NCBI GenBank assembly: GCA_050302495.1
Contig: JBNLBP010000001.1
Span: 127,269 to 191,268, forward strand
Direction: 5' to 3'
Source: Candidatus Pacearchaeota archaeon
Lineage (GTDB): Archaea; Nanobdellota; Nanobdellia; Pacearchaeales; GW2011-AR1
DNA: 64,000 nt
A model generated the notes under the pieces. That model was not told the DNA's origin and did not search any database. It saw nothing but the letters and a program-made list of their open reading frames with translations. Below, piece by piece: positions 1 through 7,996 of this stretch (position 1 is its first letter; each line of letters begins with the position of its first letter). The position numbers and the translations under genes were made by a program.

Positions 1-1365
1 AGGACATTCTATTCTTAATCATGTCATCTGTAACGCTTTCGTTCCTTAAATCTGCAAAAGGCACCCTAACTAAGAAAGGCGTATTGTGTCTTTCTGAAAG
101 CTTTACTATTGCAGTTCCTACTGGTAATTTAGAGAAAAATTCTTTCTTATCGTTTAACTGCATCAAATTGCTTATATCCATTATATCTTGAGGTAGTTGC
201 TGTTGGAATGCTATCTGACATGCAGAATTACCCTTAACTGTATCTGAAAGCTTTGAAATATGCTGATCAAGACAGATTAAACTTATACCGTATTCTCTCA
301 TTTCCCTATAAACCATGTCTGTAACTGATTCTGAAAGGAAATTAGTCTTATTCTTAAGGAAGATATTATGAGCTTCATCTACAAGTATAGCGTAATTGAA
401 ACCTTCATCTATTTTGTTTTGCTGTGATTTCTTTAGTTTGTATATATAAGTTAAGATATATTCTGCAAAGAATTTCTTTTCAATATTACCTAAGGAATTC
501 AACTCGAATATTACTTTCTTATCAAATAGATCTTCTACTGAAAGAGATTTCTTTCCATCGTAGTTAATTGCTTTTCCAAATTCTCCAAAAGTAAGTACTG
601 AGGCTATTCTTAATGCACTTTCATACCAAGTAGATTCTCTTCCAGAGGCCTCTCTAGCTTTCATTTCTAACATTCTTTTTACATGTTGCCAGTTAGGATA
701 GTGTTTAGAACCTTTGTAAACACCCCATCCTTCAAAAATTTCATCTAAAGTTTCCAATAATATCTTATGAACACCAAAAGAAACTGCGAAACTCTCTGTT
801 AAAAGATCACACAATACATTAATCCATTCTTTTGGGGCAACTCCTTTTGGAGGCTTATTTATATTCATTTTGAATAGATTGCTTACTGCATCGTTTCCTA
901 CTGTGAAAGCCATAACAGAGGGATCAGCTCCAACTAAAGGTCTGAAAGATTTCTTCCAATCAAATACCAAGAAAGGTTTTTCCTTCTTTATGAAATTGTT
1001 AAGAACATTAAAAGCTAAAGTAGTCTTACCAGAACCGGACATACCAGATATACAAACGTGTCTTGGCCAGTCTTTTTCTTGTAATGAGAAGTCGTAAAGT
1101 TCTTTTTCTCCATAAATTACCTTGGATAGAGGGTATTCTCCTGAAACTAAAGCTTCTTTTGGAGGTTCAAGTAAAACTTTTTGATCCAAGAATTTTCCTA
1201 AGTGTTTTTGGTATAAAGCTGCAAGAACATGAAGTATTTCGTTTTTTTCTTCTAGAGATTCTGAAAGAGTGTATCTAAAGTATAATTCGTCTATCTTACT
1301 TCCAAGTATAGGTTTAAGCTTGTTGCTTATGTCTTCAATTGTTAGTTTTTGTGTTTGTGTCATTT
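1..1365 (-). CDS. P-loop ATPase, DUF87/HerA-VirB4-like (C-terminally truncated by window edge)
   Basis: Minus-strand ORF starting at ATG 1365..1363 and running off the window. Translation shows Walker A GMSGSGKTT and Walker B hhhhDEAH (ILVDEAHNI). It was not in the ORF track because it has no in-window stop. Confidence 0.6.
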
Positions 1366-1408
1366 TCTTGTTTGTGTTTGAAGTTTAAGTTAAAAAAATA
1401 AAAAATGT

Positions 1409-1969
1409 TTAACTAAAGATATCCTCCTCAAACCTGATTTTTGCATCTTCGACAGCAGACTCCAATGCTTTTGCTTTGTTATTATATTTCTCTGCAAAAT
1501 TTGTATGATAAGAATCGACTTTGTTATGAGTGAATTCTTTTGTAACGTCTTGTGCAACATTTAAACTAAAATCTGCATCCAAATAATCATCTTGCATTAA
1601 TGCAATTTCTGTTTTCTTCAGATGCCTTTCAACTATTTTTTCCTTTAAATTTCTAACCTGTAACTTATAGAGATCTTTGTTATCTACTTCGTTAAAAATT
1701 AAGAAACTTTCTGCATCCCAAATTGAATCATTCCAATAAGAGGAGAAATCGTCTCCGTGTTTTACTTTGTCCAAAAAACCTTCAATAATTTGTTTTTTGT
1801 AAAAGTTTGGAGTTTCTTTCTGAGACTCCATTTCCCAATCTTGGAATGACTGTTCTGCACGAGAGTAATCGCCTTTTTCTAAATAAGAAATTCCTTGATA
1901 AAATGCATCTCTTGCTTCAGATGATTCTTTCTCAACAAAACCATATTTTGCTAATTTTGTGTTTTCCAT
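1409..1969 (-). CDS. hypothetical protein (acidic, 186 aa), same operon as the ATPase
   Basis: Track ORF. It sits 44 nt upstream of the ATPase gene on the same strand. No recognizable motif. Confidence 0.45.
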   Translation of the reverse strand: MENTKLAKYGFVEKESSEARDAFYQGISYLEKGDYSRAEQSFQDWEMESQKETPNFYKKQIIEGFLDKVKHGDDFSSYWNDSIWDAESFLIFNEVDNKDLYKLQVRNLKEKIVERHLKKTEIALMQDDYLDADFSLNVAQDVTKEFTHNKVDSYHTNFAEKYNNKAKALESAVEDAKIRFEEDIFS

Positions 1970-1986
1970 ATTAATTTAACTTCCTT

Positions 1987-2433
1987 TCAATTCTCCATTA
2001 GGATATTGTTTAATTCTATGAATCTAGCTTCTTTTTCAGCGAGTTCTTTCTCGTTTTCTCTAAGTTCTTTCTTAAGTAATGCTATATCTTTCCAACAATT
2101 GATCTTTTCATTAAGCTGGTGTTCTGAGATTTCTACCTTTTTGTTCCTTAGAGAATTCTTTTCTATAATTGGGTCTTTGTCTCCTAAAACTGCAGGAGAG
2201 TTCTCAATATCCAAAAGGAAGTTACTTATCTCTAGCTTTATTTCATCTCCTTCTCTTAGGAAGTTCTGACTAAGAATATTTCTTTCTTGAATCAACTTCT
2301 GGATTTCAGAAATTGTTCTTTTTAGGGAATTAACCTTATCTTGACCTATTGATCCAATAGAGTTGCCACTTGTGAGACTTGATATTTCGGGTCTTACCGC
2401 CTCTTCCGCATGGTATTTCATATTTTCCATCAT
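1987..2433 (-). CDS. hypothetical coiled-coil protein (148 aa)
   Basis: Track ORF. Heptad-like K/E-rich sequence. First gene of a three-gene minus-strand operon. Confidence 0.45.
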   Translation of the reverse strand: MMENMKYHAEEAVRPEISSLTSGNSIGSIGQDKVNSLKRTISEIQKLIQERNILSQNFLREGDEIKLEISNFLLDIENSPAVLGDKDPIIEKNSLRNKKVEISEHQLNEKINCWKDIALLKKELRENEKELAEKEARFIELNNILMEN

Positions 2434-2527
2434 TTCATAGTGATAACATACTTTATAAATGTTTCTATTTAGTAGTTACTCTATAGTTAGTACATTATCT
2501 TAAATAAAACAGGTCTCCTAGTTTAGA

Positions 2528-3289
2528 ATGGGTGAGATTCAAGACAAAGAGATAATTTCAGAGTTATGTGGGGCAATAATTGGCGATGGGTGGATCCAAT
2601 CAAATGAGAGGTGTTTCTTTCTTGCAGGAGATCCTACAGAAGATAGAGATTACTATGATTCCCACATTCCAGAAATATTTAGAAAGGTTTTGATAACTGT
2701 GACTCCAAAAGAATTCCCCTACTGGAGTGTCTATGGCATTTCAATATATAAGAAAGACATAATTCAGAAATTACTTTCTTGGAATATCCCCAAGGGCAAA
2801 AAAGTTGACACTGCAAGAATTCCAAACTGGATAAAGAAATCAGAGGATAAAGTTAAGAAAGCGTTCCTTAGAGGATTCTTTGATGCTGATGGAAGCATCT
2901 TCTGTCAAAAAGATTATACCAAATACGCGAAGGAATTTAATTCAAAACATCATGTTAAGGCTAGATTGAGAATAACAAGTATCTCAAGTAATCTTGTAGA
3001 TGAAATGAAGGGAATGTGTGAGGAAGTAGGGTTTAAAGTAATAAGAAGGACAATTAAAAGAGGGAGAATAAGTGAACGTAATTGTAAAGATATTCACATA
3101 ATTGAGATAAATCATTTGGAGAGTATAAGGAAATGGTTTGAAGAATTGAAGCCCTCTAACCCCAAACACACTACAAAATATCGGATATGGAAGAAATTTG
3201 GCTTTTGTCCTCCAAAAACGACGCTAATTCAGAGGAAAGAAATACTTAAAAATGAATTAAGCCCTTATTCATTCTATATGCAGGAGTAG
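2528..3289 (+). CDS. LAGLIDADG-family homing endonuclease (double-motif, free-standing)
   Basis: Two LAGLIDADG motifs read directly in the translation: ELCGAIIGDGWI and AFLRGFFDADGSI. At 253 aa it fits a monomeric two-motif enzyme. The stop codon overlaps the first 10 nt of tRNA-Leu. Confidence 0.8.
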   Translation: MGEIQDKEIISELCGAIIGDGWIQSNERCFFLAGDPTEDRDYYDSHIPEIFRKVLITVTPKEFPYWSVYGISIYKKDIIQKLLSWNIPKGKKVDTARIPNWIKKSEDKVKKAFLRGFFDADGSIFCQKDYTKYAKEFNSKHHVKARLRITSISSNLVDEMKGMCEEVGFKVIRRTIKRGRISERNCKDIHIIEINHLESIRKWFEELKPSNPKHTTKYRIWKKFGFCPPKTTLIQRKEILKNELSPYSFYMQE

Positions 3290-3363
3290 CGAAGTGGTCA
3301 AACGCGCAAGACTCAAGATCTTGTCTCTTAGTGAGTTCGAAGGTTCGAATCCTTTCTCCTGCA
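3280..3363 (+). tRNA. tRNA-Leu (anticodon CAA), long variable arm
   Basis: Hand-folded cloverleaf. Acceptor GCAGGAG/CTCCTGC. Anticodon stem CAAGA/TCTTG with loop CTCAAGA. Long variable arm. T-arm AAGG-TTCGAAT-CCTT. Discriminator A. Confidence 0.85.
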
Positions 3364-3459
3364 TAAACTTTATAAAGCCAAGATAATTCGGCATTATACG
3401 ACCTGCGAGTTAATCGCGTTAGCGGGGAAACATTTTTCTCGTTAATTGGATAATATAAA

Positions 3460-3831
3460 ATGATAAAATCAAAAACAAAGATATCGAAGCAATTAGAAAG
3501 AAAAACTAATCCAGAATTAGTCGAAACAATACTATTAGCTAAGAAGAGTGCTTCTTGGTTAGAAATTGCATCAATCTTGTCAGGATCTAGAAGAAAGAGA
3601 ATTAATATTAATCTAAGTGATTTAAGTAAAAGTATTGAAAGTGAGAAAATAGTTCTTATTCCCGGAAAAGTATTGTCTGAAGGAGAAATGGATAAAAAAG
3701 CAAAGATTGTTGCCTTAAACTTCTCTGAAAAAGCAAAAGAAAAGTTGATAAAAGCTGGATGCGAAGTTTCAAGTATACTAGAGGAAATTAAATCAAACCC
3801 TGAAGCTAAGGGTATTAAGGTGTTAAAATGA
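3460..3831 (+). CDS. rpl18e: 50S ribosomal protein L18e
   Basis: 123-aa basic protein. It begins the conserved archaeal L18e-L13-S9 cluster. Its end overlaps the L13 start by 4 nt. Confidence 0.75.
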   Translation: MIKSKTKISKQLERKTNPELVETILLAKKSASWLEIASILSGSRRKRININLSDLSKSIESEKIVLIPGKVLSEGEMDKKAKIVALNFSEKAKEKLIKAGCEVSSILEEIKSNPEAKGIKVLK

Positions 3832-4217
3832 AGGTAGTTGATGCAACAAATTATCCAATGGGAAGACTTGCAAGCTTTGTAGCAAAAGAAGCTTTGAAGG
3901 GGGAAGAAGTAAAGGTAATCAATTGTAACAAAGTCTTGATAACTGGAAGTAGAGAATATGTTGAAAAAGAGTTCCAAGTTAGAAGGGGAAGATATGGAAG
4001 TTCTCAAAAAGGACCAAGAATTTCAAAATCAAACGAACAAATAGTTAAAAGAACAATAAGAGGTATGCTTCCAAACTTTAGAGAAGGAAAAGGAAGAGAA
4101 GCTTACAAAAGAATAATGTGTTATAATGAAGGTTTAGGTGAAGAAGTTAAAGAGATTGTAACTCTTGGAAAAAGAAAACCAAAGAAATCAATTAAATTAG
4201 AATCAATGAGAAAATGA
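3828..4217 (+). CDS. rpl13: 50S ribosomal protein L13
   Basis: Translation MKVVDATNYPMGRLAS...VINCNKVLITG is typical uL13. Position is conserved, between L18e and S9. Confidence 0.85.
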   Translation: MKVVDATNYPMGRLASFVAKEALKGEEVKVINCNKVLITGSREYVEKEFQVRRGRYGSSQKGPRISKSNEQIVKRTIRGMLPNFREGKGREAYKRIMCYNEGLGEEVKEIVTLGKRKPKKSIKLESMRK

Positions 4218-4612
4218 AAGTAATCACATCAGGAAAAAGAAAGACAGCTATTGCAAGAGCTATACTTGAAGAAGGAACAGGAAAAGTTACAATAAATGGT
4301 CAAGATTACAAGAAATTACAAGAATTTGATAAGTTGAAATTGGAAGAGCCATTAAGAATAACTGAGAACATATTAGGAAAATTGAATTTCAATGTTGCAA
4401 TAAAAGTTAGAGGCGGTGGAGAAAAATCACAAGTTGAAGCATCAAGACTGGCTTTAGCAAGAGCAATTGTTGAATTTACAAAATCAGAAAAAGTAGAAGA
4501 TGCTTTCTGGGATTATGATAGAAATCTTCTTGTTGCTGATGTAAGAAGAAAAGAAGCTTACAAGCCTGGTGATTCCAAAGCTAGAAGTAAGAGACAGACA
4601 TCATATAGATAG
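4214..4612 (+). CDS. rps9: 30S ribosomal protein S9
   Basis: C-terminal ...KPGDSKARSKRQTSYR is the uS9 signature. 4-nt overlap with rpl13. Confidence 0.85.
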   Translation: MKVITSGKRKTAIARAILEEGTGKVTINGQDYKKLQEFDKLKLEEPLRITENILGKLNFNVAIKVRGGGEKSQVEASRLALARAIVEFTKSEKVEDAFWDYDRNLLVADVRRKEAYKPGDSKARSKRQTSYR

Positions 4613-4660
4613 TTTTGCTTTTAGAGGTAATTTTATAAAGATCTTTTTCATATTTATGAT

Positions 4661-4867
4661 ATGAAAGGGGTGAGAAAAGTTAATTGGATAGGTGCTTTGA
4701 TTGTTTCTATCTTGGTTGGTAGTCTGGGGGTTGACCGATTTATGATGGGCAAAGTTGGCCTTGGAATTCTTAAACTTATCACTCTCGGTGGATTTGGAGT
4801 TTGGTGGCTAATAGATGTTATCCTTATAGCTACTAAATATAACTTCAAAGGAATCGAGTGGGCATAA
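4661..4867 (+). CDS. TM2-domain membrane protein
   Basis: 68 aa with GVDRFMMGKVGLGILKLITLGGFGVWWLID, matching the TM2 domain (two TM helices, DRF motif). Confidence 0.65.
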   Translation: MKGVRKVNWIGALIVSILVGSLGVDRFMMGKVGLGILKLITLGGFGVWWLIDVILIATKYNFKGIEWA

Positions 4868-4914
4868 TTAGGATTTCTGCATAAATTTATAAATTGTTTT
4901 TAACATTTTTTTAA

Positions 4915-5214
4915 ATGGTAGTTAAGAAAAAACCAAAAAAAGAAGGTCACGAGAGATCTGAAGCTTTAATGAGAATTGTTGTTGGAATAATTTCAGGAAT
5001 AATCTTTTACTTCTGGAGTTATGTAATAATTGCTTTTACAATTTTCAATTTCTTATTTACTTTAATTAAAGGTGAAAGATCTAAAGAAGTTGCAGGGTTA
5101 TGTGAAGTTTACAATACTCAAATTTATACATTTTATAGGTATATGACTTTTGTATCAAATAGAAGACCTTTCCCTTTTGATAAATTGGAAAAAGACATTA
5201 GTAAGTTTGAATAA
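4915..5214 (+). CDS. hypothetical membrane protein
   Basis: Track ORF with a predicted hydrophobic segment. No motif. Confidence 0.3.
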   Translation: MVVKKKPKKEGHERSEALMRIVVGIISGIIFYFWSYVIIAFTIFNFLFTLIKGERSKEVAGLCEVYNTQIYTFYRYMTFVSNRRPFPFDKLEKDISKFE

Positions 5215-5270
5215 GATAACATATATTTACATACAATAATCCTTATATAGGATCTTCTTTATGAGTCATC

Positions 5271-5855
5271 ATGGGGTTGAGTTTAGATGATCTCTCTGAA
5301 ATAAGTCGGAAATTATTTAAGGAAGCGCAAGAAACAGAAATCAAGGAAGACTATGACCTTGCTTTGAGAATTTTAGACAAAGAAATTAAAACAACAAAAG
5401 ATCTTACAAGCCGTCATTACAACCAAAGAGGCATTTGTCTTTGTGCTCTTGGAGAATATAACAATGCAATTGAGAATTATAGTAATGCTATAGATCTTCA
5501 TAAAGGAGGGTTAGAAGACTCCGCAATACTTTATGCTAATAGGGGAGATGCTCAAGTCAAAAGAAATATGTTAATGAATGCTCTATCTGATTATAAAGAA
5601 GCAGTAATTAGGGATCCTAAAGCTAGCTATTATTTGTTTAAAATTTCAAAGATAAATAAAAAATTAAATCAAAAAGAAAAAATGAGACAAAATTTTGAAG
5701 AAGGATTAAGAGTATTTTGTACACAAATAAAGGATAAAGGTCTTAACAAAATATCTGAGGTAAAAAATGAATATCCAAACACATTGGAGATAATAAAAGA
5801 AATTTCGCAAGAAACAACGGATATAAATGTAGCATTGATGGGGTTATTTGAATAA
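5271..5855 (+). CDS. TPR-repeat protein
   Basis: Repeated TPR-like A/Y/N patterns, e.g. YNNAIENYSNAIDL and ALSDYKEAV. Confidence 0.5.
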   Translation: MGLSLDDLSEISRKLFKEAQETEIKEDYDLALRILDKEIKTTKDLTSRHYNQRGICLCALGEYNNAIENYSNAIDLHKGGLEDSAILYANRGDAQVKRNMLMNALSDYKEAVIRDPKASYYLFKISKINKKLNQKEKMRQNFEEGLRVFCTQIKDKGLNKISEVKNEYPNTLEIIKEISQETTDINVALMGLFE

Positions 5856-6410
5856 TTATTCAGAAATTTTTCTTCTTTTAGTTAAGGTATCTAGTTTATC
5901 TTGTACTTTATTAAATAATATTGAAGATACAATTGGTTTATGATCTGCTTCATGAATTTGACCATCAAATTTTATCTTTCCTATATAAGCAAAATTTCTA
6001 AGTATTTTCTTTAAACCATTTACGGAAAGTTGGTGTTTTTTTGATAGTGTGTTTAAGTTCATTCTTGGTTGTAAGAACTCTTCGAATATTTCTTCTACCT
6101 CTTCATAGTTTTGAGCTGGAACTAAAACTCCTGAATCATGATTTCTTTTATACCCAAATGGTGCTCTAGACATGTGTAATCCTTTAGAAGATTTCTTTAT
6201 CATCCCAATTTTTTGATTTTCCCCACGGAACTTAGAATATTTTCTTAAAGGTTCAAGATTCTTTTCAAGGATTTTTTCTTCAATATATACATCTAATTCT
6301 TCGGGAGTATTGGGGGAGAAAGTATGGCAAATACTACATAATGTTAGTCCAAACTTACTCTTGTTCTTATCCGAAACATACCCGCATTTTACGCATTTAC
6401 TTTCATTCAT
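5856..6410 (-). CDS. zinc-ribbon protein carrying a serine-recombinase-type recombinase (DNA-binding) domain, without a resolvase catalytic domain
   Basis: N-terminal CxxC...CxxC (CVKCG...CSICH). The remainder matches the recombinase-domain pattern of large serine recombinases (APFGYK...VLVPAQNYEEVEEIFEEF...LKKILRNFAYIGKIKFDGQIHEADHKPIVS..LFNKVQ). Its start overlaps the 3' end of the tyrosine recombinase gene by 8 nt. Confidence 0.55.
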   Translation of the reverse strand: MNESKCVKCGYVSDKNKSKFGLTLCSICHTFSPNTPEELDVYIEEKILEKNLEPLRKYSKFRGENQKIGMIKKSSKGLHMSRAPFGYKRNHDSGVLVPAQNYEEVEEIFEEFLQPRMNLNTLSKKHQLSVNGLKKILRNFAYIGKIKFDGQIHEADHKPIVSSILFNKVQDKLDTLTKRRKISE

Positions 6411-7242
6411 TTTGCATCAATCCATCTATAGGGGATTTTATTTTTTTTAATTGTTCCGTTGAAACGTGAGCGTAAATTTCTGTGGTCGCAAGGTTACTAT
6501 GGCCAAGAAGAGTTTGTATAAATCTTATGTCTGTTCCATTTTCTAATAAATGTGTTGCAAAAGAGTGTCTTAAGGTATGGCAGTGAACATCTTTGTTTAT
6601 TCCTGCTTTTTTTGCTGTATTTGAAACTATTTTTTGCATATTTCTAGGAGTAAGTTTTCCCTTTGGACCTGAGAAAATGTAAACTTGGTTGAATTCTTTT
6701 TGATTTTTAGCACGATTTTTTAGATCTTCATATAAGAATTCGGGAATATTAAACATACGATCTTTCTTTCCTTTAGCTTGTTTTACATAACCTATCTTAT
6801 TATCAAAATCTAGATCATCTATTTTAAGACTAACCAGTTCTGAAACCCGAAACCCACAAGCATACATAAGAGACATCATTAACCTTGATTTCTTATTTGA
6901 AGCGACATCAAACATCCTTTTGACTTCTTCTTTTGTTAAAACTGCAGGGATTCTTTTTTCTCGTTTTGGTCTTTTAATACCTTGAGTTATATCTTTTTTT
7001 AGAATATTTGAATAAGCATATTTAATTGCGGATAAGAAAACAATCGTTGAACTTGAACTTGAATCAGATAATCTCTCAACTAAGAAAAGTTTTAGATCGT
7101 CTTCACTCATATCATCTGGTATTTTATTTGTAAATATGAATAATTCATTGTTTGCTCTTAGATAGTTTCTTAAAGTATAATTGGAATTTTTAGAGATCTT
7201 CAGTTCTATTTCAAGTTTTTTTAGAAATTCTTCTGGAGTCAT
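6403..7242 (-). CDS. xerA: tyrosine recombinase, XerA/XerCD-like integrase family
   Basis: C-terminal catalytic signature HTLRHSFATHLLENGTDIRFIQTLLGHSNLATTEIYAHV. R (RVSEL) and K (GKKDR) are also present. Confidence 0.85.
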   Translation of the reverse strand: MTPEEFLKKLEIELKISKNSNYTLRNYLRANNELFIFTNKIPDDMSEDDLKLFLVERLSDSSSSSTIVFLSAIKYAYSNILKKDITQGIKRPKREKRIPAVLTKEEVKRMFDVASNKKSRLMMSLMYACGFRVSELVSLKIDDLDFDNKIGYVKQAKGKKDRMFNIPEFLYEDLKNRAKNQKEFNQVYIFSGPKGKLTPRNMQKIVSNTAKKAGINKDVHCHTLRHSFATHLLENGTDIRFIQTLLGHSNLATTEIYAHVSTEQLKKIKSPIDGLMQNE

Positions 7243-7243
7243 A

Positions 7244-7909
7244 TTATTTCTTAGGGGCTTTTAGGAAAAGATTTTTCCAAACAGGCTGTTTAAACAGCTG
7301 TTTATTATCTTTGAAAACTATTGTATTTATTCCTAATTTAGAAGCGGGTTTTGTATTCCAAACTTGATTATCAATAAATAATATATTTTTTGGTTTTACC
7401 CCTATTTTTTTTATTAAAAGTTTGAAGATCTCAGGATTTGGTTTTCTCATTCCAGCGTCGCAAGATACAATTATATCATCAAAATTCTTGTAAAGTTTTG
7501 GAGGCATTAGTGCTTTCTTAGATAAAACCCATTGATCTGATAAAACACTTACATTATATCCTAATTTTTTTAGTTTAGATGCCTGATTAAACAGCCATTC
7601 ATTTTGTTTGAAATGTTTTTTGTAAGAATTTATGTATAAACTTCTTACTTTCTTTTCTGAAATTTTGAAGTTTTTTGAAAGTGTAGAAACAACTCTTTCT
7701 GGAGAGATTTTACCTTCTATTGCAAGTGCATAAGTCGTATCTATAGCATCAAGATATTGATCCAATGAAATCTTAAGTTTTTTTGCAATATCTGTGTGTA
7801 CTCCAGATGGAATTAATTTTCCAGATTCTAATTTAGAACTTTCGCCTAGAGCAAGAACTCCGCTTACATCAAAAACAATGGATTTTATGTTGAGATCACC
7901 TTTTTTCAT
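7244..7909 (-). CDS. HAD-superfamily hydrolase
   Basis: N-terminal IVFDVSGVL (motif I-like). C-terminal ILFIDNQ (motif III/IV-like). 1-nt spacing to xerA. Confidence 0.5.
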   Translation of the reverse strand: MKKGDLNIKSIVFDVSGVLALGESSKLESGKLIPSGVHTDIAKKLKISLDQYLDAIDTTYALAIEGKISPERVVSTLSKNFKISEKKVRSLYINSYKKHFKQNEWLFNQASKLKKLGYNVSVLSDQWVLSKKALMPPKLYKNFDDIIVSCDAGMRKPNPEIFKLLIKKIGVKPKNILFIDNQVWNTKPASKLGINTIVFKDNKQLFKQPVWKNLFLKAPKK

Positions 7910-7996
7910 GATATGGTTATACGAACTATGTTTAAAAATTCTTCTAAGATATCTTTTTATAGTTAATTCGTGTGATTGTTTGAGGAGAGGTTAAGT

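Noticed and set aside
870-1278. Plus-strand ORFs 870..1097 and 1063..1278
   Set aside because: Antisense to a long minus-strand ORF with clear Walker A/B motifs. No motifs of their own. Likely chance ORFs.
2006-2269. Plus-strand 87-aa ORF
   Set aside because: Antisense inside the 1987..2433 minus-strand gene. Low-complexity S/F-rich translation.
3246-4007. Minus-strand 253-aa ORF
   Set aside because: Runs antisense through tRNA-Leu and the rpl18e/rpl13 genes. Low-complexity translation. Spurious.
3364-7242. Integrated element between tRNA-Leu and the tyrosine recombinase
   Set aside because: The intervening genes are core ribosomal protein genes (rpl18e-rpl13-rps9) and the recombinase is XerA-like, so a tRNA-integrase island is unlikely. 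No flanking direct repeat of the tRNA 3' end was noticed.
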